IMG/VR virus record: IMGVR_UViG_3300001605_000025
Coordinates: 1 to 64,000 of that record
Direction: 5' to 3' (one strand)
Length of the DNA: 64,000 bases
From: a virus
Lineage: Duplodnaviria; Heunggongvirae; Uroviricota; Caudoviricetes
The position numbers were made by a program, and so were the translations under genes. Positions 9,069 through 17,644 of this stretch are shown piece by piece. The notes beneath the pieces were generated by a model. That model did not search any database. It saw only the letters and a program-made list of their open reading frames with translations, and was not told the origin of the DNA. How positions within the stretch are numbered: position 1 is the stretch's first letter; each line of letters opens with the position of its first letter.

Positions 9069-9130
9069 ATAGTTCTACGAAACGCATAGTATACGCCTCG
9101 TACCGTCATACTCATAGCTCGAAACATAGT

Positions 9131-9466
9131 TTAGTCCTCTTTACTGTACTTCTCGATCAGTTGATCGAGTTCTACATAGAATTCTTTCGGAAACTGTTTC
9201 TTCGGTGCAGTCGAACGAGCTTCTGGTATTACCTTCGATTCGTCCAAGTATGCACACTCTCTCCAGAGTTCGAATACTCCAACTACTGGTCCGGAATCTT
9301 CCAGTATCTCGATCAGCTCTCCAACGTCAGATGTTACGATCTGGTTGAACCCAGTATCATCACATTCTTCAGGATCGGGCCACTTATATACAAACGTATA
9401 TAATCGACCGTACTTATCAACTAACCGTACACCTAACGGGTCGTTCGTACTATATGTTTCATCCAT
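9131..9466 (-). CDS. hypothetical protein
   Basis: 111-aa ORF. Confidence 0.5.
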   Translation of the reverse strand: MDETYSTNDPLGVRLVDKYGRLYTFVYKWPDPEECDDTGFNQIVTSDVGELIEILEDSGPVVGVFELWRECAYLDESKVIPEARSTAPKKQFPKEFYVELDQLIEKYSKED

Positions 9467-9468
9467 GA

Positions 9469-9978
9469 TTAGTCCTCCAGATTGATAATCTCGTACGTTA
9501 GCCCGTACATTCGCTTCTTTGTTCGTACTTCGCTACTTCTTTCATATGAACCAGTTAGTCCATCGAACCGTTCGAATAGTTCCCACTCATCGGAAATCTG
9601 TTCTTTCAGTCTTCGAACTTTCAGACACATCGTTCTCCATACAACATTATAGATGTAACATTTCGGTTTGAACGGAATACGTTTCCACTCAAACTTCTGT
9701 TCATGACAACGTAGAACTATGTTCGCGATATGTTCTTCGGAACAGTCAAAATTCAGTCTCGTTGTACCCTCATAGTAGAATGTTAGTTCCTCCATCACGT
9801 TCAGTTGAAATGATATGTTCGTCGGTGCGTTCTTATTGAACTCTCTCGTGGCTTCGGGCGACAGTTTATCTTTGGTCTCAGATGATCTAGATGCTCTTGA
9901 CCGTCGTGAACGATCAACATCATCATACAGTTTCTTTATTCTGTTCCATTTTTCTTGATCTGTTTCATCTAGTACCAT
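9469..9978 (-). CDS. hypothetical protein (first long gene of the leftward block)
   Basis: 169-aa ORF with an AT-rich promoter-like region upstream (9,980-10,060). Confidence 0.5.
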   Translation of the reverse strand: MVLDETDQEKWNRIKKLYDDVDRSRRSRASRSSETKDKLSPEATREFNKNAPTNISFQLNVMEELTFYYEGTTRLNFDCSEEHIANIVLRCHEQKFEWKRIPFKPKCYIYNVVWRTMCLKVRRLKEQISDEWELFERFDGLTGSYERSSEVRTKKRMYGLTYEIINLED

Positions 9979-10505
9979 GTTGACCTCTCGATCATATTCT
10001 CATTCTTATCTATCGTATATATATTAAACTTGTTCTCATATATAAGTATAGGTTCTCGCAATTAACCGTTAAGATGGTTATTACCATTCAGGCTCTCTAT
10101 ACCAACAAAATGTTTATTATATATAGTCCGGTAGTTTGCATGATAACGGTAGTGGCGCAGATGATGGAACTTAACGGTCTGTGAACTGTTGTAGGGAATC
10201 TTTCCTTTTAGAGGGTAGATCGGCTTTTGTCGGTGTGTCTTGCGGTCCTTCGGTCCGGAGCTCCGTAATTTCCCATGGGTATAGCTCTGCGTCGGGGATT
10301 GCATAGCACCCCTCGTAATCCATCTTACGAATCTTAATCTTCGTAATGACCCGTTTAATAGTGTGTTCGCTCCTTCGTCTGCACGCTTGCTCGATAATAA
10401 GGTTGGTCGTCCTTCATCCCCCGCATGCCTCTTCAGTTCGGCGGTAACCAGATTGAACGGTCGGTCGGTCGGGCCTCCTCCTAACGTCAGGAGTACCCCT
10501 TTAAC

Positions 10506-10514
10506 AAAAAAAAA
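10506..10514 (-). terminator. T9 run on the minus strand just downstream of a stop codon
   Basis: A9 on the + strand at 10506-10514, 8 nt after the stop of 10523..10627. Oligo-T terminators are typical of archaea and also form the tail of bacterial intrinsic terminators. Confidence 0.4.
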
Positions 10515-10522
10515 TTATGGTG

Positions 10523-10627
10523 TTACTTGCCTGTCATCTTAGCGGCAGATACGCTTTGTTTCCACTCATCCAGGACTTCACACCATTCACTCCACATAGC
10601 GGCTTTGACCGCAGGGTAGTCATGCAT
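10523..10627 (-). CDS. small hypothetical protein (34 aa, hand-called)
   Basis: GAGGT upstream of the start. Sequence MHDYPAVKAAMWSEWCEVLDEWKQSVSAAKMTGK. Confidence 0.3.
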   Translation of the reverse strand: MHDYPAVKAAMWSEWCEVLDEWKQSVSAAKMTGK

Positions 10628-10636
10628 ACTACCTCG

Positions 10637-10945
10637 TTACTTCTTTGCGGCCTGGTCCTTCTTCTTTGGAGCCTCGTACCTGAACACGTTGTGCGCTACT
10701 TCTTTGAACCCTGCCTTTCCGTCCATTGCGTACTTAACAGTCATCCAGTTGACCTTCACCTTGGGCTCATCACCAGTCTTGCCTTCATTCAGGCCAGCAT
10801 CAAGCCATGCCCTCAGTTTTGCAACTGTGTAGTCCTGGCCATCCGCCATGATCTCCTTCAAGATCTTGTTGTACCTGGCTACTGATTCAGTCTTCGACCT
10901 TCCGCGCACTTCAACGTTTGCCTTGATTGCATTCCAGTCTGTCAT
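10637..10945 (-). CDS. hypothetical protein, Lys-rich C-terminus (possible DNA-binding)
   Basis: 102-aa ORF. The antisense 10517..10885 is a shadow ORF. Confidence 0.5.
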   Translation of the reverse strand: MTDWNAIKANVEVRGRSKTESVARYNKILKEIMADGQDYTVAKLRAWLDAGLNEGKTGDEPKVKVNWMTVKYAMDGKAGFKEVAHNVFRYEAPKKKDQAAKK

Positions 10946-11103
10946 GCTTTACTCCTTGGCACCCTTTTTTGTGCCACATGCTTCACAAATTTCTTCATCG
11001 ATACACACACTTTGATATCATCGGTCGGCTTGCCCAGTGCTAGTTGGCAACGCGTCATCCCCAATCTATCATTCAACAGGTCAGGACATCCATCACACTT
11101 CAT
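10942..11103 (-). CDS. small Cys-containing protein (53 aa, hand-called)
   Basis: ATGA overlap with the 10945 start. Begins MKCDGCPDLL. Confidence 0.4.
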   Translation of the reverse strand: MKCDGCPDLLNDRLGMTRCQLALGKPTDDIKVCVSMKKFVKHVAQKRVPRSKA

Positions 11104-11128
11104 CCTTCATCCCCCCTTTTATTTTCAA

Positions 11129-11314
11129 TTAAACAATAATAACAATTTCATGTTCAAGATCCGGTACTAATTCCTTAACAGTAACATACCCTCTTACATC
11201 AGGTAATCGGTCCGCTACAATAACGTTGCCTCGATAATTAACAGTTGCGTAAACTGTGATAGTTCCAAGATCAACTTTGGTCCATAACATATCGTCAACA
11301 CGTATTGGTTCCAC
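11129..11314 (-). CDS. hypothetical protein
   Basis: 61-aa ORF with GGAGG-like SD (AAAAGGAGGTTAAAAG) upstream. Confidence 0.45.
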   Translation of the reverse strand: MEPIRVDDMLWTKVDLGTITVYATVNYRGNVIVADRLPDVRGYVTVKELVPDLEHEIVIIV

Positions 11315-11374
11315 TTTTAACCTCCTTTTTGTTTTTCAACAATATAAAAACAACTTCAACAGTTAACCACTATA

Positions 11375-11401
11375 ATCAACCCCAGCTAGGCGGGGGTTGA
11401 T
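11375..11401. promoter_or_regulatory. hairpin with 9-bp stem ATCAACCCC/GGGGTTGAT and 9-nt loop
   Basis: Perfect inverted repeat between the C-free operon and 11129..11314. No adjacent T-run. Confidence 0.3.
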
Positions 11402-11463
11402 AGGTGTCGGTAACCTTATAACTATAACGCTTAGTTGTGTAACCATATAAGTCACCTTTCATT

Positions 11464-11470
11464 AAAAAAA
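11464..11470 (-). terminator. T7 run on the minus strand closing the C-free operon
   Basis: A7 on the + strand, about 45 nt after the stop of 11515..11706. The first C on the minus strand appears 13 nt later. Confidence 0.4.
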
Positions 11471-11514
11471 CTTTAAAATAACTCTCTATTCCACATACAC
11501 CTTATTACTTCTTA

Positions 11515-11706
11515 TCACCACTCCTCAAATTCAAATCCATCTTCATCCACCAACTTCCCTTTCTTTCTATTCAATAAATTATTATAACTATAATCCTCCT
11601 CACTTTCTTTCTCATCAACATTACACATACCTTTAACATTCCATCCACAACTTATTATCTCACACTTTCTCCCTTTCCAACAAATCTTATCTTTACCTTC
11701 AATCAT
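11515..11706 (-). CDS. C-free-mRNA protein d (63 aa, Cys/Trp-rich)
   Basis: Track ORF. Contains CWKGRKCEIISCGWNVKGMCN. No A, P, T, H or Q residues. Confidence 0.5.
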   Translation of the reverse strand: MIEGKDKICWKGRKCEIISCGWNVKGMCNVDEKESEEDYSYNNLLNRKKGKLVDEDGFEFEEW

Positions 11707-11845
11707 TATTCTTCATCTCCTTCATATATTCATTAATACCTTTATCATATACTTCTTTACTCACTTCTTTCCACCACTTACATTCAATACAATCATCATA
11801 ACATTCATCAACCTCTTTATTTAAACAAAACCCATATCTACTCAT
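11699..11845 (-). CDS. C-free-mRNA protein c (48 aa, hand-called, Cys-rich)
   Basis: ATG at 11845 overlaps the upstream stop by 8 nt, and its own stop overlaps the 11706 start. Contains CLNKEVDECYDDCIECKWW. Confidence 0.4.
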   Translation of the reverse strand: MSRYGFCLNKEVDECYDDCIECKWWKEVSKEVYDKGINEYMKEMKNND

Positions 11846-12107
11846 TCTTAATCACCACCCAATCTTCAACCTTTAATATATCATCATTCAACATTAACTT
11901 CTCAATAACATACCCCTCTTTATTCAACATATCCTTTATTCTATATATATCCAAACACTTATTCATATATCTACTTAAATCACCAACAATATCCTTTAAT
12001 CTCTTACTCCCACCAATCCTCACACTCATAATAACCATATCACATACATTACTATAATTAACCTTCTCAACCTTACCACATAACATTCTCATACAATATA
12101 CCTCCAT
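11838..12107 (-). CDS. C-free-mRNA protein b (89 aa)
   Basis: Track ORF built only from F, L, I, M, V, Y, N, K, D, E, C, W, R, S and G. Confidence 0.5.
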   Translation of the reverse strand: MEVYCMRMLCGKVEKVNYSNVCDMVIMSVRIGGSKRLKDIVGDLSRYMNKCLDIYRIKDMLNKEGYVIEKLMLNDDILKVEDWVVIKNE

Positions 12108-12127
12108 TATAATTTCACATAAAATAA

Positions 12128-12253
12128 TTAAATTCTCCTCTCACTATACATCATCTTACCCTTCTCATCAAACTCCAACTTCTTCTTAATATCAACAATC
12201 TCCCATTCATTCTTATCCTTATTCCAAACCTTATCCTTCACAATCTCAATCAT
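12128..12253 (-). CDS. C-free-mRNA protein a (41 aa, hand-called)
   Basis: Strong SD AGGAGG (12262-12267, minus strand) 8 nt upstream of ATG at 12253. Confidence 0.4.
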   Translation of the reverse strand: MIEIVKDKVWNKDKNEWEIVDIKKKLEFDEKGKMMYSERRI

Positions 12254-12478
12254 ACTCTTAACCTCCTATATATTTTCATAAACCTTAATAACATTAATAA
12301 AAATTTAACATATAACTATCTATATTCTATATATATGGTCACCGTACATCATTACCACTAGTTGCAATGTTTTGCACAAGCTAGCACCGGAAATACTTAA
12401 GGAGTAGCCCGTTAGTCCGTCTACTCGAACGTTCCGTTTAAATATAGGCACGTCCCAAAAACTTTACCGGAGATACCA

Positions 12479-13006
12479 ATGGATAGTGAACAACCTTGTC
12501 CTGTGTGTCGTGCTGGTAGTCTTGGAGCTACCATGATGCGGGACTGCCACCTTGGACGAAAGACTACATTTCAAGTTGCCGCCGAACTAGACACAACTAA
12601 CGAACTTGTGATGAAGCATATCAATGAGTCCCACGAACTAACGTTTGATGAGGACGGAGCGTTACGGTCACAAGATAGACTGATGGATGACTTACTGAAA
12701 ACGTTAAAGACACTGAAAACGTGGACGGATTATGTTGTAAATACAGTTAAGGATCCAAACCAGATCGACCGTGCTAAAGTTGATATGTTAGTCCGGTTAT
12801 CACAGGAAGCTAGAAAGACAATCGAATCGGTAGCTACTTTGCAGGGAAGAAAGGGCCCGGGAGACACACATATCCAAATGCAGATCCTGAACGGTAAGGT
12901 CGTTCTGTTGACTAATACGATTATCGATGTAGCATGTCCAGACTGTAAGATGAAGATTCTAGATGCAATTGAAGGCCAACCATTGCTTATGGAGGCTCCT
13001 AAATGA
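12479..13006 (+). CDS. terS: terminase small subunit (putative)
   Basis: 175 aa, immediately upstream of and overlapping the large terminase by 4 nt. N-terminal CPVC zinc/HTH-like region. Confidence 0.55.
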   Translation: MDSEQPCPVCRAGSLGATMMRDCHLGRKTTFQVAAELDTTNELVMKHINESHELTFDEDGALRSQDRLMDDLLKTLKTLKTWTDYVVNTVKDPNQIDRAKVDMLVRLSQEARKTIESVATLQGRKGPGDTHIQMQILNGKVVLLTNTIIDVACPDCKMKILDAIEGQPLLMEAPK

Positions 13007-14478
13007 TTGAGACAGAGTGTCAGCTGTCAAGTCACGAGACGCTAGATGGAAAGGATTACGTTCAGTACATGAGAACTGTTCTAAAAGGTAAATCAGATCC
13101 AGTTTGGTGGATAAAAGAGTATCTAGGTGTTAAATTTGAACCACACCATATAGAACAAGAGCTCGTTCTACGTCAGTGGTATCGACATCGTTACAATCCA
13201 ACACTGATACCTTATAAGAATATGTACGTATTGGCGGGAATGAGGTCTGGAAAGACAGCACTTGATAGCATGATTACATGTTATGAACTGTTTGATGTTG
13301 TGACATTACCGAAGATTCCGTGGGAGTACTATAGCTTAATACGGAATCAGTTAGTAACGTTATCGATTCTATCGATTAGTCGTGACCAGTCAGATGACGG
13401 TCTATGGGGTAACGTCCAGCAGTTCCTCGACAAGAATGCGTGGTTCGACCAGTGGACTGACCTAACTCTGAAGTCAGAAAGTGCTGATATAGCGTCTAAA
13501 CGTGTTGGAATACGTGTTCTATCATCATCTAGCAGTACAATTGTAGGACGATCTAACAGATTCGTGGGACTAGATGAGTTAGATAGTTTTGAAAATACAG
13601 AAGGGAAGCGCGGAGCATGGAAAGTATTCACGAAAATGCAAAACTCAACACAGACATTCGGCCAAGATGGCCGACTTGCTGCAATATCATCATCGAACGA
13701 CGACCCGAATTCTATTATGAATACGTTAATCAGGCAGTCAGAAGGGAAGCAGAACGTTTTAGCAATTATGAAGCCTACTTGGATTATGAATACAGCGATT
13801 TCGGAAGCGGAGCTGAGGGAGGAGTACAAGGACAATCTAGCAGGGTTCTACAGAGACTTCGCATGTATGCCAGGTATGTACACTGGAATGGAGTTCCCAG
13901 ATGGTATAAAACTAGCTGATATACCGAATGTTTTCCTGACGAAACGTTCAGACGTTCCGTATGGTCGTGTCATTGCGATAGATCCTGCAGCTAAGAATGA
14001 TGCATTTGGTGTTGCTACTGGATATCGTGCGTTCGGTCGTGTGATTGTTGATGGGGTATGTCGGTTTCAGAAAACTGGAGATGAAGTCTTTATTAATCCA
14101 GAGGATATTGACAAGTTTCTAGAAGAATGTTATAAGTATATGAACATAAGAGCTCTTGTATTTGATACATGGATGTATCCGAACATTATTCATAAGGCAG
14201 AACATGATCACGGTCTTATGTGTGTCAAACATATTGTACGGAAAGCAGAATACGATGCAGTTAAAGGTATGATTAAACAGGGAACTTTGGATGTAGTAGC
14301 AGATCCAGTGCTAAAGCGTGAGTGTGAAGGATTAAAGATTATTAACGATTTACGGGTAGATCACCCGTTACAAGGGAGTAAAGACATGGCAGATTGTGTA
14401 GCAAACGTTGTATGGTACTTAACAGAATGTGAGGTTGAACCTCAGAAGCCGAGAATCTTATTAGCGAAGGTGTTCTAA
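13003..14478 (+). CDS. terL: terminase large subunit
   Basis: Walker A LAGMRSGKT, Walker B-like VGLDELD, and C-terminal RNase H-like nuclease motif IAIDPAAKNDAFGV. Confidence 0.9.
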   Translation: MIETECQLSSHETLDGKDYVQYMRTVLKGKSDPVWWIKEYLGVKFEPHHIEQELVLRQWYRHRYNPTLIPYKNMYVLAGMRSGKTALDSMITCYELFDVVTLPKIPWEYYSLIRNQLVTLSILSISRDQSDDGLWGNVQQFLDKNAWFDQWTDLTLKSESADIASKRVGIRVLSSSSSTIVGRSNRFVGLDELDSFENTEGKRGAWKVFTKMQNSTQTFGQDGRLAAISSSNDDPNSIMNTLIRQSEGKQNVLAIMKPTWIMNTAISEAELREEYKDNLAGFYRDFACMPGMYTGMEFPDGIKLADIPNVFLTKRSDVPYGRVIAIDPAAKNDAFGVATGYRAFGRVIVDGVCRFQKTGDEVFINPEDIDKFLEECYKYMNIRALVFDTWMYPNIIHKAEHDHGLMCVKHIVRKAEYDAVKGMIKQGTLDVVADPVLKRECEGLKIINDLRVDHPLQGSKDMADCVANVVWYLTECEVEPQKPRILLAKVF

Positions 14479-15978
14479 ATGGGACTAATTAAGGATACAG
14501 TAGGTAAGTTATTTGGATATCCAGTTACAAACACACGGTCCGTTCAGCAGATCAGTAACCCTGTAACTCGGACAATGGCTGGAAAGAAGATCACTGTAAA
14601 ACTGGTAGAATTTCTACAGAACATCTCTGACTTTAGCAACATGCAGGATGAAGAGATGCAAGAACAGATGTTTATCTGGGAACCTGAAGTTGGAGGTGCG
14701 TTAGATAGGTTGTCTACTTTAGTCGCGGAGTGTTATCAGGGACCAATTCTGATGGATACCGATAAGGCAACATCTGAGATTGAAGAGACTATGCTTAAAG
14801 AAGCGAAACGTATATCGGATCGTATACAAATGGCGAATCAGTTTGAGATGTATGGAGAACTGTTACCGTTGTTTGGTGATGTTTACGTTGATGTACGTGA
14901 CCCACTAACGTATCGTATTATACCTAATAAGTACGTTACGATAGTTGAGAGTAAGGATCAGATTAACCAAATGATACCAAACGTTCTAATGACTAACGGG
15001 AACTATCTAGTATTTAACGAGACATTCCAGACTAATATGTTTATACTAGAGCCAAGTCAGTGGATTCATCTTAAGTATAAAGATACTCCAATCTTTGCAG
15101 TAGATAAGAAAGGAAGACAGACATATGGTATCTATTCTGTTAGTCCTGTTCAGCGAGCCATCATCGCGACATGGCAGAAGCGTCAAACGTCTATCATTGA
15201 CATATTATATCGCTGGAGAATCATTCCACGTGAGATCCACTCTGTTGACAGTACGATCTTTGCATTGGACCAGTTTTCCGGTAGTCAGATGGATCGTCTC
15301 GACGCTTCAAAAACGAAAGCTGATCAGTATATAAGCGAGTATAACAAAAGTATTGAAAACCAGACACCTGATCAAGGATATACAGTACTTGATACAATTG
15401 ACATCAAGATGTTGGAAACGAAAGCTAATTCGTACATGCGAACTAACGAGTTGATAGATCAGCTAGATGCAAAAGTTTGGACTGCATTAAATATGCCAAA
15501 GTCAGTTGTAACAGGCGAGGGTGCCGGATCGTATGCATCAGAACTTATTATTAGTAATTACGTTAGTCAGAAAGCGTTACAGATCGCTAAGAAGATACGA
15601 CCGTTACTGCTGACTAATCTTCGTGCTAGACTTCTGATGATTAATCCGGAATTTCCAGTCGAGAAGATAGATCTAAAATTAGAGCTAGAAATGGCAGCTA
15701 CACGGTTAGAAACGTTCCGTGAAATGGCTATTATGGCATCACTCGGATGTTTCACGCAGACCGAAATCCGTTCAATGATACCTGGATACGCTCCACTGAC
15801 TGAGGAACAGAAATCTGAAGTCGTAACGGGTGGACGGACAGTTCAGGCTGCTCTTGACCAGTTTGATTCCTTACAGGCGAAGTACCCAGATACTCCACAA
15901 AGTGATAGTCAGCATAAACAAGATTCCGGTCAGCAAGCAGTAACTAAGACTCAAAAGTCTGCTGTTACTCCACAATAA
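14479..15978 (+). CDS. portal protein
   Basis: 499 aa, directly after terL (stop and start adjacent). Size and position are typical. No motif check was possible. Confidence 0.7.
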   Translation: MGLIKDTVGKLFGYPVTNTRSVQQISNPVTRTMAGKKITVKLVEFLQNISDFSNMQDEEMQEQMFIWEPEVGGALDRLSTLVAECYQGPILMDTDKATSEIEETMLKEAKRISDRIQMANQFEMYGELLPLFGDVYVDVRDPLTYRIIPNKYVTIVESKDQINQMIPNVLMTNGNYLVFNETFQTNMFILEPSQWIHLKYKDTPIFAVDKKGRQTYGIYSVSPVQRAIIATWQKRQTSIIDILYRWRIIPREIHSVDSTIFALDQFSGSQMDRLDASKTKADQYISEYNKSIENQTPDQGYTVLDTIDIKMLETKANSYMRTNELIDQLDAKVWTALNMPKSVVTGEGAGSYASELIISNYVSQKALQIAKKIRPLLLTNLRARLLMINPEFPVEKIDLKLELEMAATRLETFREMAIMASLGCFTQTEIRSMIPGYAPLTEEQKSEVVTGGRTVQAALDQFDSLQAKYPDTPQSDSQHKQDSGQQAVTKTQKSAVTPQ

Positions 15979-16085
15979 CTTCTTTTTAACTGTTGGTTGA
16001 ACAACCTCTCTCCGTGAACAACCCTCTTCATCTCTTGTCCCTCTTTTATATATAGGTTCGGATATACCAGTTCGTGGAGGTTCTA

Positions 16086-17138
16086 ATGAGTGATAACATT
16101 GAGTGGCGGTCGCTCGACGTAACGGCTGCCGAAGGTATGTCCCTACGCGTTGGAACTTTCCTAGCATCGGACGGTGAACCAGTTGAGTTTACACAAGATG
16201 TTCTTAAGAAGGTGTTTTCTAAAGTAACTAAGCCTGTTCCAATGTACCTCACGCACAAAGATGCGGGAACTGGTAAGGATCGTGTCATACTTGGACATGC
16301 TGTAAAACTTGGCATAACTCCACAGTATGATAGTATTCATTTTAAAGCACTAATGATGGATCCAACGTTTAAGCTTATGTATGCATCGGGTTACGATGAC
16401 ACTAGCGCAGAGATTACTCCTATCCGGGATGAAGCCACTGGACGAATAGTCGATGGTGTGCTGACTGGCTTTGCGGTAGTGCCAAATCCGGCAATAAGTG
16501 GGACAGAGATGAAAGTATCTGCGATAGCCTTTTCGACTGGAGGAACGACAGGATCTTATGTACCAACAGTTCCTGTAGTTCCAAAGATTGAATTGGATTC
16601 GGCAAAGGATATCGTTAAACCGAATAACGGAGGGATTAAGTTGACAGGAAAAACGGTCATTGAACGCACACTGCTCGAGAGTGGGGTACCAGCTGATAAA
16701 CTGGACGCTACCGTCGACGCTCTCGGTCAGGCGTTCAGTAAGAAGTTCGAGCAGGCGGGTCTTCAGAAGAAATTCGAAGATGCCCAGGAAGCTATTAAGC
16801 TTGCTTGTTCCGAACGTGATGAGATGAAGAAGAAATTTGAGGACTTAAATAACGAGTACAACACTATGCTTTCGGATAAGGTTGCAGCACTGTCGTCTGA
16901 GATTAAGACGATTGGATTTGCAAATGCTGAAGCTATTGTTGAAGGACTCGATGTTCGTCAGAAAATTGCAACATTAAGTAAGATGAAGGAAGGTCTTGCT
17001 ACTAGCAAGCCTATGACTGCTGGCGCACAGTTCCAGACACAGGTACCACCTGCAGCTAGTTCTGCTAAAGCATTCCAGGATAATCTGACTGAACTTGGTG
17101 TTGCTGACCTTTGGAACAAATATCATAAGGGGGCCTAA
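16086..17138 (+). CDS. prohead protease / scaffold fusion (putative)
   Basis: GGAGG SD before ATG at 16086. The N-terminal half resembles HK97-family prohead protease (LTGFAVVPNPAISGTEM). The C-terminal half is a K/E-rich coiled coil typical of scaffolds. Confidence 0.55.
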   Translation: MSDNIEWRSLDVTAAEGMSLRVGTFLASDGEPVEFTQDVLKKVFSKVTKPVPMYLTHKDAGTGKDRVILGHAVKLGITPQYDSIHFKALMMDPTFKLMYASGYDDTSAEITPIRDEATGRIVDGVLTGFAVVPNPAISGTEMKVSAIAFSTGGTTGSYVPTVPVVPKIELDSAKDIVKPNNGGIKLTGKTVIERTLLESGVPADKLDATVDALGQAFSKKFEQAGLQKKFEDAQEAIKLACSERDEMKKKFEDLNNEYNTMLSDKVAALSSEIKTIGFANAEAIVEGLDVRQKIATLSKMKEGLATSKPMTAGAQFQTQVPPAASSAKAFQDNLTELGVADLWNKYHKGA

Positions 17139-17140
17139 CC

Positions 17141-17644
17141 ATGGCAGGCGCAACCGAAGCAACTATTATAAGTTATGGACTGGAGAATCCAGCACAAGCA
17201 ATCGCGTATACAATTCTCGAAGCCTACGCTACACCTGGTTACGTTGTGAAAGTTCACACAGTATCAGGTCAGATGACTGGAACAAACGCAATTACGGATA
17301 TCCCGGACGGTTACATCATTAAGAGTACTGTTCCTGCTACAATGCAAGCAATAGTTAACTCTGTAGAAGGTGATGCACAGACATTACAGTTTATCGGTGT
17401 TCAGGCACTTATTCCTGGACAAATCGCGTATCTGCAGCTTGCAGCCGCAACTGTAGCTGTAGCGATTGGCGACTTGCTTGGACCTACTGTAACACAAGGT
17501 TGTGTATCACCACGTTCAGCTACTGGTGTTAGAGGTGCTGGAATTGCAATTGCGAAGGCTCTTGAGGCTAAGGATGCAGCAGCTGGCGGAACGATTCGTT
17601 GTCGTATTATCCCGACTATGTACTTTGGAGCTGGATTACCATGA
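17141..17644 (+). CDS. capsid-associated protein (decoration/DUF2190-like, tentative)
   Basis: 167-aa Ala/Gly-rich protein between the scaffold and the major capsid gene. Confidence 0.35.
   Translation: MAGATEATIISYGLENPAQAIAYTILEAYATPGYVVKVHTVSGQMTGTNAITDIPDGYIIKSTVPATMQAIVNSVEGDAQTLQFIGVQALIPGQIAYLQLAAATVAVAIGDLLGPTVTQGCVSPRSATGVRGAGIAIAKALEAKDAAAGGTIRCRIIPTMYFGAGLP

Larger units (their letters stand above)
11452..12336 (-). other. nucleotide-exclusion block: no G on the + strand, so no C in minus-strand transcripts, over 885 nt
   Basis: Checked base by base. The last G before the block is at 11451 and the next is at 12337. Confidence 0.95.

Noticed and set aside
10062-10304. 80-aa minus-strand ORF in the GC-rich intergenic region
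   Set aside because: The sequence is extremely basic and His/Tyr/Arg-rich with no SD. A different-frame 50-aa ORF looks more protein-like. The region is treated as mostly non-coding.
17599-17640. Upstream start (17599) for the major capsid ORF
   Set aside because: It would overlap the preceding gene by 46 nt. The ATG at 17641 forms an ATGA stop-start overlap and gives a sensible N-terminus.
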